This document shows, in pieces, positions 10,297 to 22,600 of a stretch of 64,000 nucleotides of DNA. Numbering within the stretch: the first letter of the stretch is position 1; every line of letters begins with the position of its first letter. The DNA is taken from NCBI GenBank assembly GCA_951406725.2, contig OX597825.1:29388001-29452000 (forward strand), read 5' to 3'. The stretch is from Octopus vulgaris. Taxonomy: Eukaryota. Made by a program: the position numbers and the translations under genes. Below the pieces are notes generated by a model that did not search any database, was not told the DNA's origin, and saw only the letters and a list, made by a program, of their open reading frames with translations.

Positions 10297-12724
10297 CTGT
10301 TCTGTATTAGTGTTCTATGTCTGTCAGTAGTTAAGGTCCTCCATCAGTCTCTTGTTCATTGTTGGAGAAAGACATCTGCAGTTTGGATTTCTCAGCACTC
10401 AGCAACTCTGGAACGATCTTTCTGCTATTCTATGGTCAACTTGAAGAGGTCACTATAGGTTGTTAATCATTGCTTAATACTTACTTGTCTTTTGCTCTCT
10501 TGAGCTTACCATCGAGGAACAGGACCTTTTTAAACCTTAGGTGGAGGGATTGGTTCACACGACATTGGTGAGCTTATGTGACACATATCTTGGAGCCATC
10601 CTCCTCCAAATGCTGTTCATCTTACCAACAAGACCATTTTCTGTTATCTGACCCTTAAATGGTGCCCTTGACAGGTGCTATCATTCTGAACTGGAACAAA
10701 CCTTTGAGTGGTAGTGACTGAGGAGTAACTCCTTGTCCTTCAAAACTCTTGATTGTCGAAGATGGTATCTCACCACTGAATGCAGTTTCATATGCTTCCC
10801 TAGCATAAATCTTGAAGAAATTGGATTTTACTTTGCATTGCTTTGAAGATGTAGCAATTGAAACTGGAAATCAACTTCTTGAGCCTCACTGCCTCACCAT
10901 GCTCACATGGCATGTATATGAGATTCGGTCAGTGCTCTTCTTCTTTTAGATGAAATATTAAAATAGAAAATAGTCATGTTGAGATAACCTCAATGTATTT
11001 GTGTTATTCTTATCAATCCTTTAGGGAATACATGAAAAGTCAATGCCCAAATGAAGATGTTATCATAACGTCTTTGGTTGAGATCAATGTTATCTTTGTG
11101 AAGATATTATATTGAACAAAATCAATTTGACAGACAGAAATCGATTTGGATCTGTTTTTCAAGATTGGTAGCAAAATATGTTTTGATTGTATTCTTTCTG
11201 ACATCAATGATCATTCTTTATTGTTGTCCATTATTGATTTCACTTGTTCAACAGTTTTAGATTGTGTTGGTTAATTGTAACACGGTTCACCGCTGTTGAG
11301 TCATGTCAATGCAAAAGTATTGGTAGTCTTTGAGGAAGTTCTCTGTTTCCTGTCGGTGCACTTATGTGGAACACAATCACTGCACTGCTTTCTTTTGATG
11401 GTGAGCAAAGCAGCCGTTTGAACTTTGTATTTAGGGGAAGACATACTTGAACTGTCAAGGTCAATGGCTATTTACTATTGAAATTGGTTCAGGATTCTGC
11501 TGTTGGATATGAAATTAGATATTGTGTGAATTATTCTTGAGAAAGACCAAGCTTCTGTGAATCTCTTAGAATTTATTATTTCTAATTGTAAGATGCTTAA
11601 TCAGCAAGAAATTGGAATATTGGAATATGTACTGCAAATAGAATTGGGTTTGATCTGAAGCTTCTTTTAAGGTGCATTCTTTATTTCCTTATCAATGTAA
11701 TACTGTGTTTATTGTGTTGGAATGTAATGTATTCGTATTAATTTCTTTTCATACTTGTCTGTGTGTGTGTGAACGTGTCATGTTAAGTATTTCTGTCAAT
11801 ATATCTATCTGTTTTATCCGTTTGTATAAGTGTATATATCATCATCATCATCGTCGTCGTCATCATCAATGTATATATTTATACACAGCATGAAGCATTG
11901 AACAAACAGCTAGATGAATACTAGATGTTCTTCGTTTATGTCAATGACAGATTTGATTTCCTATCGTTGTGAATGAATGTAATTAAAGGCTAATTAGAAT
12001 TAAATATGAATTTTGTTCTCGTTAGGAAAATTCAATTCCATATTTATCTGAAGATGGAGATCATAAATTTTTGCACTGAATGTTTTTTCCCCAATAATTT
12101 CTTGTTGATCACATTTCTTTGTAGATTCAGTTTTGTTTACCTAAAATTTTTCGTTTTGTGTATATTTATTTGTTTATTGTATTTAACTGGAATAAATTAG
12201 TCCATTTCTTCGTTACAGTATACTTCAGTTCCTAGTTTTCTTACATTCCTTTGAGTTTGCTTTAATTAAGAATGAAATTATCTTTTTTTTCCCCTATAGC
12301 TATTCATGTGGGTAATTAGCAGTACACTAGATGAAATAATAACTTGATTAATTGCAAAAGTTAGTTATTTTATTTACTCAAAGAGGCAACTAAATAACTC
12401 TAAATAAATGCCTTACTGTTTCATTGAAACGAAACAGTGCAAACCAGCCTAGAAGCTTCTACGTACTTGGTTCACCTACTTAATCTAACAAACAAATTAT
12501 TCTTTAAACTAGATACCAATACAAGCCAATAAGGAACTTTCTATAGATTCAGTTCAGATAACTCCATGTAACAACCAAAATCTATTTTCAACTTTCTATG
12601 ATCTTTAAGTTTCACTCTTTTTTTTCTGTAGGCAATGAAAGACTTACTACCAATGAAACTGTCTTAATTTAATTGGTTGTGCATTCTTTTCAATTTCTAA
12701 GACACATCTCACAGATGTTCTGAG

Positions 12725-13270
12725 ATGCATCATCATCAGTGATGTTTCTGGGGTCATATGGAGTTTCAGTTCTTTCAACATCAGATCTCATTTCACTGGT
12801 GACCTAGCCAGCTTGATTAACTCTCAGCTTATATCCCGGTAACAGCAAACCACAGATCTTCCCTCTCTATCTTTATCCAATGCCCTCTCGTGGATTTTTT
12901 TGCAGCTTCACTGATGGAATTTTTGGCCTTCCTTTTTGCTGCACCAGAGACTCCAAACTGAGTCAGGGCTTTGCAGAATGAATGCTTCTCAAAACCCCAG
13001 CAGCCCACTTCAGTTACCTTGCAACCTGCCTGCTAATCCTGGCTTCTACTCTACTCTACCAGCATCTGATGTTTGGAAAACCTTTCCCACATGAGCATCC
13101 TCCATATGTTCACCTCAGGGTACAGTTAGTTCCCACAAAATGTCTGGTAGAATTGAAAAAGATCACTATATCTGGGTTTAGTGTTGTTTGTATAATATGA
13201 GTTCAGAACTTAGACTATTCCATGAGATTCACTCTCAGCTGCCAGCCTGACAATTATCTGGCTTTGGAAT
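12725..13270 (-). pseudogene. HERO-like (RLE) non-LTR retrotransposon 3' fragment
   Basis: Minus-strand pieces GWQLRVNL..HIIQTTLNPDIVIF, EVGCWGF, ALTQFGVSGAAKRKAKNSISEAA; 3' end gaccccagaaacatcactgatgatg. Confidence 0.7.
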
Positions 13271-13620
13271 TGCATCATCAAAGAACTGGTAGAAAGTTAA
13301 CAGAAATGGTAGATCATTTAAGTAAAGGCCTCAGCTTTTAGTTTCTGCCTTCTGTATTCGGATTTCAGACATTTGAGATCAATATCTGAACAATTATTTG
13401 GTTGACTGTACCTTTTCTTTCTATGAAACCAACCATACAGTTCTTTTTTAAATTTTAAAATGGAAATCGTTCATATAATGCCTTTTATTTCATTGTCCTA
13501 TGTCTGAAGAAAACAAGGCTATATAATTAATTAATATAGCCTTGTTTTCTTTAGAAGTACCTCTCACATTAGTTACAGCAGACTGAATGAAAGAATTTGA
13601 ACTCTCAGTATTTCTCTTTT

Positions 13621-13646
13621 TCTGTCTCTGCCTGTCTGTCTCTGTC

Positions 13647-13689
<43 letters not shown>

Positions 13690-13692
13690 TTC

Positions 13693-13744
<52 letters not shown>
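13621..13744. repeat. (TCTG)n/(TC)n microsatellite
   Basis: Directly visible. Confidence 0.95.
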
Positions 13745-13747
<3 letters not shown>

Positions 13748-14914
13748 CATATCAAGAATGCATTGCAGCTTTATATTTCTAACAACAAACAAGTATATTG
13801 ACTAACTTCTTTACAAGAGATTTAAATACCAGGTTCAGGCATGTGAATAATAAAAAAAAAATGATAAAACCCAAACAAAGACACAACAAAACAAACAAAA
13901 TATGCCTATTCTGAAAGTATAGTAAAGGTAAAAAATATAAAAAAAAGAAGAAATATTAAAAAAAACTCAGCTTTAATCACGAGTTGAATTCAATACTTTA
14001 GAGTATAATGAAATCTCTAAACCATTCAGTCTTGTTATTTATTTAAAAATTTCAAAATGTTTTTATTTTTGTTTTGTTTATTTGTATTTCTTTGAAGAAT
14101 CTAATTATCGTTATTGAGAGAAGTCAATCTGATTTTCACTTCCATCTCATTTTTCTTTCTCTTCTGGTTGGACATTCTTTTATGTGAATCGCTTTTATTC
14201 CTGGGTCTCATTCTTTTCTCACCCACATTCAAATAGACTACAGAAAACAATATTTCTTTATATCTCAAATATTGATTTAATGAAGTTTAAAAAAAAAAAA
14301 ACAAGATGAAAAACAAGAAAAAAACCTAACCTAAACAATATTTTCACCCATATCTTTTTTTATTTTTTTAAATAAATAAATTTATCAATTTTTATCTTTT
14401 TTCAATTTTACAAATAAATTTCTGAGATAAGAATAATAAAAAAAAAATTCTTAAACTATTGTTTACTAGATGGTGCCATGAAGATATTGTAAATTCTATA
14501 GCATTCATAATACTAATAACATTATATATGGTGAAACTATTAGAGAACGATATATCTTGTCTAATGTTTAATCCTTTATTATTGATAATTCAATAATTAT
14601 AAAGCTGTTAGATATGTTGAAGTATCATAATATAAAGTAGAGTAGTTTTGTCTAAGATTTAACTCTTTAGCACTGATAATACCATTGGTGTAAGAGATAA
14701 GGTATTCATATGAAATAGCCTCGAGTGTGGCCTTGTCTCATTTAACAGTGAATCCTATGGTGTTTTGAATGCGTTTGCATTTAAGTAATGTAGCTAGTAA
14801 GTGTGAGCATAACTGTGAGGTTAAACAGTTTGTTTTCTACTCATGTGATTTTTAGGTTCAATCATGCTCTAAGTGTGGCATAGTGGATGTTAAAACAGTG
14901 CTGGCTGCTGGTGG

Positions 14915-15345
<431 letters not shown>

Positions 15346-16389
15346 ATGTTATTGTATTTACTTGGAGTTGTGTGTTTTTTGTAACAAGGTACTTTGATAT
15401 ATTTATATAAAACATGATGAAAATAAACAAATAAGGATGTATCAAATGTCCAACCAGCTATAAGCAATAACTCACGCAACATAGGGTTAAAAACTCCTTG
15501 AAGGGGAAAAAAAAAGTTACCCACAGAACCTTCAAGAATACCACAACTATAACTCAGACAATCATGAAACCATTACATTTAAGGGAGTTTCATGGCACTC
15601 GGCTGTCTGATATTGAAACTTTAAACTTACAAACAAGAGAATAAGATTGATTACATTTAGAACATAACAATCGAGGCATCAAAATATATGCAAACAAGTC
15701 TTTTATAAACCTTATATATTATGAGCTTTTATCTATAGCTGAACTGACATTTAAGATACATCATTAAGGCTTATTTACATAATTCTCACAGTTTCCCTGT
15801 TAGGTTCTAAACACCTTTCATGTGAATTATTTTCTTGAGCTTTTCTGCCACCAGGAAAATGTGTCAAAGCAGGGTTTAACTATTTACACAAACACCAATT
15901 TCTTTTCATTGTATATATATGTGAACTAGAATGCTAAAGACAATAAACTCGTGCTTTTCCAACTCTGTAAACCTTTCCACAACTTACATCAATTAAGTTG
16001 TCATTTATCTTTCACTTATGAGCTACATATTCTGTCATTTGGTTTTCATCGTATCATAAATATTTATTTCTGAAATAAGTACAACACAAATTTTGGCAGA
16101 GAAGACTACATTTCAATGAATTAGATTGTTTTATTCATTATTGTTTTATTTTATTTTTCTGTTATGCTTTATTCATGGCTATTTGATAAAAGATGAAGTT
16201 AACCCTAAAAGAATTTGAACTCAAAAACTAAATGCAGAATGCAATCTCACATTTCATATGACATACAACCAAAAGCACCAATATTTCTATCATGGAGGGT
16301 TTTTCAAACTTATAGTTACATGCTTTTATCTATAGCTTCATGTGTGCCTCAAGATACATTCCAAGATATATGTACTTGCAAATATATAA

Positions 16390-16613
16390 ATATGTGTGTG
16401 TGGGTGTGTTTGTGTGTGTGTGAGTGTGAGTGAGTGTTTGTGTGTATAGTATATAGTATATTGTATAGTATATTATATATATATTTAATATCCATTATAT
16501 CTTATATATCTAAGGGATATACATATATACATACATACATGCATATATATATAAATGTAATATACACACATATATATATATATATACACACACATGCACA
16601 TAAATTTATATAA

Positions 16614-16670
<57 letters not shown>

Positions 16671-16688
16671 AATCTATCTATCTATCTA

Positions 16689-16724
<36 letters not shown>

Positions 16725-16850
16725 TCTATCTATATATATATATATATTATATACAGATAGATAGATAGAGAAAGAAAGAGAGAGACAGAGACAGAGAGAC
16801 AGAAAGAAAAAGAGAGAAACACACATGCACATGCACACACAAACACACTC
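16390..16850. repeat. (TG)n/(TA)n/(CTAT)n compound microsatellite
   Basis: Directly visible. Confidence 0.9.
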
Positions 16851-17129
16851 ACAAATTTTGACACTTCTTTGATAAACCACAGAAGTACATTATTTGATTG
16901 GTGACCCTTAAACCATGCCCAAATTTACCTTCGTAAATAATAACCAGCAAACCATGTTTCATTCACTTATTTATGGCATCCACTGGAGACGGGCATTAAT
17001 ATAACACCAGTTCCAGAACAGACTGAGAGTTGAAATATCTGTTTAACAAAAGCCCTGGACCAACCTTGCAAAATCTTCAAATCAAAAACAAGATATTTAC
17101 ATCCAACGTTAATATACAGAACTACAATA

Positions 17130-17160
<31 letters not shown>

Positions 17161-17735
17161 CACAAAACCAAGAAACAAAAATGTCATTTTGGAATTGATA
17201 GAATCGAAATTCCAAAATGTTTGAATATTGAGTATTTTTCTAGAACTTCTTGACTTTGAATGAAATTATTTCTATTAATTTTCATTGGAACTTTTGCATG
17301 TACATCACCAAGACTAACAATATTGGCATTGTACCATAAAGCATTCTTAAGTTCTGCGCCGATGATGACCCGAAGACCGATATCATTTATTACTATTATG
17401 GCATGGTTTCACTGAATGATAATTTGTATTAGCAAGAAAGAAGATATTTATCTTGGTGAGATAAAGTCTGTCTTGCAGTACAACATCCTATTCAGATAAA
17501 TACAGCTATTCAACTTTATATAAAGCTCTGTATAATACAAAAATTATCATCATTATCTGACGAAAATGTGTGCACGCAGAGATAACAATAGTAATACACG
17601 TGTATGACTGAGTGTTGGTGCATGTATGTACATATGTATGCTTGTATGTATCTATGCATGTATGTTTATATTTATGTCTGTGTGTGTGTGTAGGTGCATA
17701 TATATGATATATGTATACACATTCATATATGAGTT

Positions 17736-17774
<39 letters not shown>

Positions 17775-18176
17775 ACACATATATGTGTGTGTATATCTAT
17801 CTATCTATCATTCTATCTATCTATCTATATATATATATATATATATATATAGTTTTTGACTTTTTACTTTGTGGGGTCAGTTTTAATTTATAGACTAGTT
17901 TATCAAATCCCTTGTATATCTAAGACTGAGAGAACGGAGGGTAGTATCTGTTAGGTGTAGGGCTGAGTAAGTAGACAGATATTCTAGTTGGTATAGTCAT
18001 AAAAAATCAAGATTTATTTAAAAAATAAAATCAGTGGCAGGCAGAGTCTTCTTGATAATTTTAGTAACTTCTATGCTGAAGTAGAGACATGTCTATCGCC
18101 TTAACTTCTTGGAGATTTTAGGCATAATTATACTAATGTGTCCATCTGTTCTATTTTAATTAAACTCTCTGTCTTT

Positions 18177-18265
18177 GTGTGGCTGAAGATTGCTCTACAT
18201 TTTAACTTGATATAATGATTGCATTGGTCAATTAAATGGAGTTGCATGAAACGATCATACTGCAT
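18177..18265 (+). ncRNA. Degenerate type-I hammerhead-ribozyme-like motif (Penelope-type)
   Basis: GTGTGG-CTGAAGA-long hairpin-GAAAC-GATC-ATA-CTGCAT; stem I pairs with G-U wobbles. Confidence 0.4.
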
Positions 18266-18858
18266 TACCTCTAGATGTCCTTGTTGCTTATTTAGATTTT
18301 ATATACATATATAAATATATGCATGGGATAAAGTATCACTGACAAGTTGGCAGATGTATAAAAGAATATTTTGTAAAAATATATATGAGCGATGGTGTAT
18401 GTGTGTATACGGACAAGAAACTTAATACTGAAGAGTGTGTCTGTAGATCATCAAAAAAGAATCCAGCTGAGATTGAAGAGGAGAGGTGAAAGCATTTATA
18501 AATTATATATACAACGAAAATAAACAACATCCAATAGATTTTAAACATTATCACGATGATTATCTCTGATGTCATGTTCAACTAAACTTACCTATCAATA
18601 ATGCTTACCAGTTTTTGACAGCAGAAAGAAATAAATAATTAAAAGTGTAGGTGTGGCTTAGAGAGAGAGAGAAAGTGAGTGAATGAGAGAGTTTGAGAGA
18701 GAGATTGCGTGCATGGGTGTGTGAGCGCATAGATTTATGTTTATATGTATATATGTGTATGTGTGGCTTTAAGAGCAGGCAGGGATGTATCTACTTCCCA
18801 ACTATGTGGTTTTGATTTCAGTTCCATTCTGTGGTACCTTGGCCAAATGTCTTCTATA

Positions 18859-19023
18859 GGCGTAGGAGTGGCTGTGTGGTAAGTAGCTTGCTTACCAACC
18901 ACATGGTTCTGAGTTCAGTCCCACTGTGTGGCACCTTGGGGAAGTGTCTTCTACTAAAGCCTCAGGCCGACCAAAGCCTTGTGAGTGGATTTGGTATAGG
19001 GAAACTGAAAGAAACGCGTCGTA

Positions 19024-19090
<67 letters not shown>

Positions 19091-19306
19091 ATATGTTTGT
19101 TTGCCTGGGTTTCTGCCCCCAACATTGCTTGACAACTGATGCTGGTGTGTTTACGTCCCCGTAACTTAGTGTTTCAGCAAAATAGACTGAAAGAATAAGT
19201 ACTAGGCTTACAAAGAATAAGTCCTGGGGTCGATTTGCTCGACTAAAGGTGATGCTCCAGCATGGCCGCAGTCACATGACTGCAACAAGTAAAAGAGTAA
19301 AAGAGT
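18859..19306 (+). mobile_element. tRNA-derived SINE family B with internal (TA)n
   Basis: Head ggcgtaggagtggctgtgtggtaag...gagttcagtccc (A/B-box-like); tail agtaaaagagtaaaagagt; near-identical to 42973-43368. Confidence 0.9.
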
Positions 19307-19654
19307 AAGCATTGTGAGTGGATTTGGTAGACAGAAAATGAAAGAAGCGTGCATATAGATGTATATACATATACATGTGTGGGGGTATGTATGTGTATGA
19401 GTGTGTGTAGAATGTATGTGCATGTGTAGGTATGTGTGCGTATGTGTGTGGGTAGGTGTGTATTTGTGTTTACCCTTGTCTTGATGTCACGTGATGGTCG
19501 TAAATAAGCATTACTTTCATACAAAGAACATTGTATGTTGCTTCTAGTCTGTCTTAATAATCATGTCTAGCCTTGGGTTAAAATGACCTCACTTGGGAAC
19601 AGGTGAGGATTAGTGGCAGAAAGTGCATCTAGCCATAGAAAAAAAATCAACATC

Positions 19655-19885
19655 AAAAGACGGCGAGCTGGCAGAAACATTATCACGCCAGGGAAAATGC
19701 TTAGCAGTATTTTGTCTGCTGTTACGTTCTGAGTTCAAATTCCGCCGAGGTCGACTTTGCCTTTCATCCTTTCGGGGTCGATAAATTAAGTCACAATTAT
19801 GCACTGGGGCCAATGTAATCACTTTGTCTGTCTTTGTTTGTCCCCTCTATGTTTAGCCCCTTGTGGGCAATAATGAGATAAGAAA
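19655..19885 (+). mobile_element. tRNA-derived SINE family A (well preserved)
   Basis: ggcgagctggcagaaac...gagttcaaattcc (B box)...gcctttcatcctttcggggtcgataaattaag; more than ten related copies in the window. Confidence 0.9.
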
Positions 19886-19984
19886 ATTCAACTTCAACAA
19901 ATTTTTCATCTGATCCCTACAAAAATGGAACAGTTGACAGTAGAACAATGATGATGATGATGATGATGCTGTATATGAAGATGG

Positions 19985-20200
19985 GGCTGGATTGGACCTC
20001 CAAGCGGCATTGCAAGACAAGTGTTAAACTGGCAATCTGAAGGAAAGAGGGAAGTTGAATGACCTAAGAGGACCTGGAAAGGATGTGTGAAAAATGAAGC
20101 GGAAGCAATCGGTCTCTTTGGGGTTGAAATTAAGTATGTGGTCCAAGATCATGTTCACTGACCATGAAATGGTCACAGTCCTCTACTCCTTATGGAATAA
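19985..20200 (+). pseudogene. RTE-like LINE C-terminal fragment
   Basis: GIARQVLNWQSEGKREVE*PKRTWKGCVKNEAEAIG...VQDH resembles the RTE W.P.GKR..GRP..TW motif. Confidence 0.65.
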
Positions 20201-20204
20201 TGTG

Positions 20205-20253
<49 letters not shown>

Positions 20254-20351
20254 TATTTATATATACATTCAAATATACATATATGTTGGACCATTGAACT
20301 CTGCAGATATTTTTCTCTCTCTTTTTTGTTTTTTGTTTTTTCTTCTTCTTA

Positions 20352-20482
20352 ATCCTTTCTGTCGAAGTGCTTAGGTTTGAAATGTAAAAGACTTTTTCAT
20401 TTTTCCCAAGCGTCAAACTAAAATACTTGCTTGTTGTTCATATACCTGTCTTCGTCTTTTGTTTTCTGTAAATTTAAAAACT
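20352..20482 (+). mobile_element. Short repeat with minimal hammerhead-like motif (probable Penelope-like terminus)
   Basis: Related copies at 22816-22930 (+) and 27345-27472 (-); each abuts (TA)n. Confidence 0.55.
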
Positions 20483-20923
20483 ATATATATATATATTTGG
20501 GGTTGAGTGCATGCATGGGTGTATGTGTGTGTGTTGACTGTGCTATCTCCTACTACAAAGAAGGCATCATCTAAATTTGTTTTGTTAATTGCAAAAAAAA
20601 AAAAAAATTAACCCAGCAGACTTAGAGTGCATGGTGTATGTCTGTATGCGTACATGGGTGTTTGTATCCGTGTGTGTATAAGAAACGGTTGTAATGTAAC
20701 AAACTTCATGGATTCTTTTATTTTAAGAGCTCGCTACATTTTTTGTACATTTTTTTTTTCTTTTAAATGACATTGTCAAAATGACTAAATAATGTGATTG
20801 TACACCTAAGATCAAAAAATTGTTTTACAATGCTTTGAAAAAAATTATTTATTATCTTCTTTACTTTCTTTCACTTCAGTTGTTCTTCAGACACTAGAAA
20901 GATCAATACAATTTCTGTTCTTT

Positions 20924-20975
20924 CATATATACACATACATACATGCATACATACATACATACATACATACATACA

Positions 20976-21009
<34 letters not shown>

Positions 21010-21131
21010 CATACAGACAGACATACAGACATATTTATACATACACACATTTATATATATACATATATACATATATATACATACACATACATACACACAG
21101 ACATATTTATACACACACACACACATTTATA

Positions 21132-21176
<45 letters not shown>

Positions 21177-21255
21177 ATACATACACACAGACATATTTGT
21201 ACACACACACACATTTATATATATATATATATATAAATACATACATACATATTTA
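20924..21255. repeat. (CATA)n/(TA)n/(CA)n compound microsatellite
   Basis: Directly visible. Confidence 0.95.
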
Positions 21256-21726
21256 TGTTTCAGAGACGTAGTTGAGGTTTTGTTTGTAGATTTGTCAAAA
21301 ATTTCTATGATAACTATAGAGAAATAGTGGTGTGACTACTTTTAAGTGAATCAATCAGGTTTTTGAGTACTGTTAACTTCAAACAACCCACTACATTGCA
21401 GGCAAACCTACAAAACTGTTGTAATGATTCATTCATTGCACTGAATTAGTCTCAGTTTTTGTTTTCTTTCCTCATTGTAACTGTTAACATTGTAAATATT
21501 ATCAATACGATGATCATCATGATACATCGATTTTTAAATAAAACTCAAGGCCACTTAGTGTTGAGGGCAAAAAGCTATAACCTATTGAATTGCTCCTATT
21601 ATATCACTGGTATTTAAAGTATGCAGCAATTGAAAGACATCCAACATTTTCTTATGTAATTGGCTCTGAATAAATGAAAGTACAATTTAGCCATCCCTAG
21701 TAGAATTGAACTAAAGACCTAGGGAA

Positions 21727-22165
21727 TTAACCCTATAGCACTTCAACTAGCTATATCTTATTTCTTTATTACACACAAGGGGCTAAACATAGAGGGGACA
21801 AACAAGGACAGACAAAGGGATTAAGTCGATTATATCGACCTCAGTGCATAACTGGTACTTAATTTATAGACCCCAAAGGATGAAAGGCAAAGTCGACGTC
21901 GACGGAATTTGAAATGTAACAGCAAACGAAATGCCACTAAGCATTTCGTCCAGCATGCTAATGTTTCTGCCAGCTCGCCACCTAGCTTCAACTAGCTATA
22001 TCTGGCGAAATATATGTTCAAGCTGGACAGATCCAGCCTCTCACACCTACCCTACAATGTAATTCAAAGAGTAAACAATCAATCACATCACCAACATTTT
22101 GAAGCTACATGATAATGTATGAATAATTCAAACCTAGTTGAATAAACATTGTATTTGAAAGAATA
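21727..22165. mobile_element. TTAA/CCCT-ended MITE relic (piggyBac-like), interrupted by a SINE
   Basis: Starts ttaaccctatag; shares ctctcacacctaccctacaatg with 51587-51835. Confidence 0.6.
21759..21985 (-). mobile_element. SINE family A with 18-bp TSD
   Basis: cttcaactagctatatct at 21741-21758 and 21986-22003. Confidence 0.9.
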
Positions 22166-22264
22166 ATTGAATATCAACGTGTCAACCAGAACATTGTCTG
22201 ACATTTTCTCTGAGCTATTTCTGATAGAAGCTATTTCTTATGTTTGTAATAATATTTACGAAGA

Positions 22265-22600
22265 CAATACATTGGTAGAATCGTTAAAACATTGGACAAA
22301 AGTCCTTGCAGTATTTGTTCTGGCCTTTTACATTCTGAGTTCAAATCTCAACCAGGCTGGCTTTGCTTTTTGTCCTTCAAGGTCAATTAAATAAATTAAG
22401 AGGGATTGATTTGATTAACTAAACATTCCAAAAATTCATACCAGTGCCTATATTTGAAATAGTAATCCTATCTGCTATAGGCAGAAAGTCTGGAATTTTT
22501 GGCATGGGGGTTAGTCAATTAAATCAACCCCAGTGTTCAACTAGAATTCATTTTTGTGAACCCCAAAAGATGAAATGTAAAATTGACCTAGGCAGAATAA
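22265..22600. mobile_element. Two degenerate family-A SINEs in opposite orientation
   Basis: Plus copy ~22265-22470 (ttctgagttcaaatc); minus copy ~22475-22600 (ccccaaaagatgaaatgtaaa). Confidence 0.6.

Noticed and set aside
17355-17420. ATGATGA...CTGA as a C/D-box snoRNA
   Set aside because: Only ~55 nt between boxes; no terminal stem or recognisable guide
18859-18935. tRNA genes at the SINE heads (also 44354, 59308, 62621)
   Set aside because: A/B boxes only; no complete cloverleaf; they continue into SINE bodies
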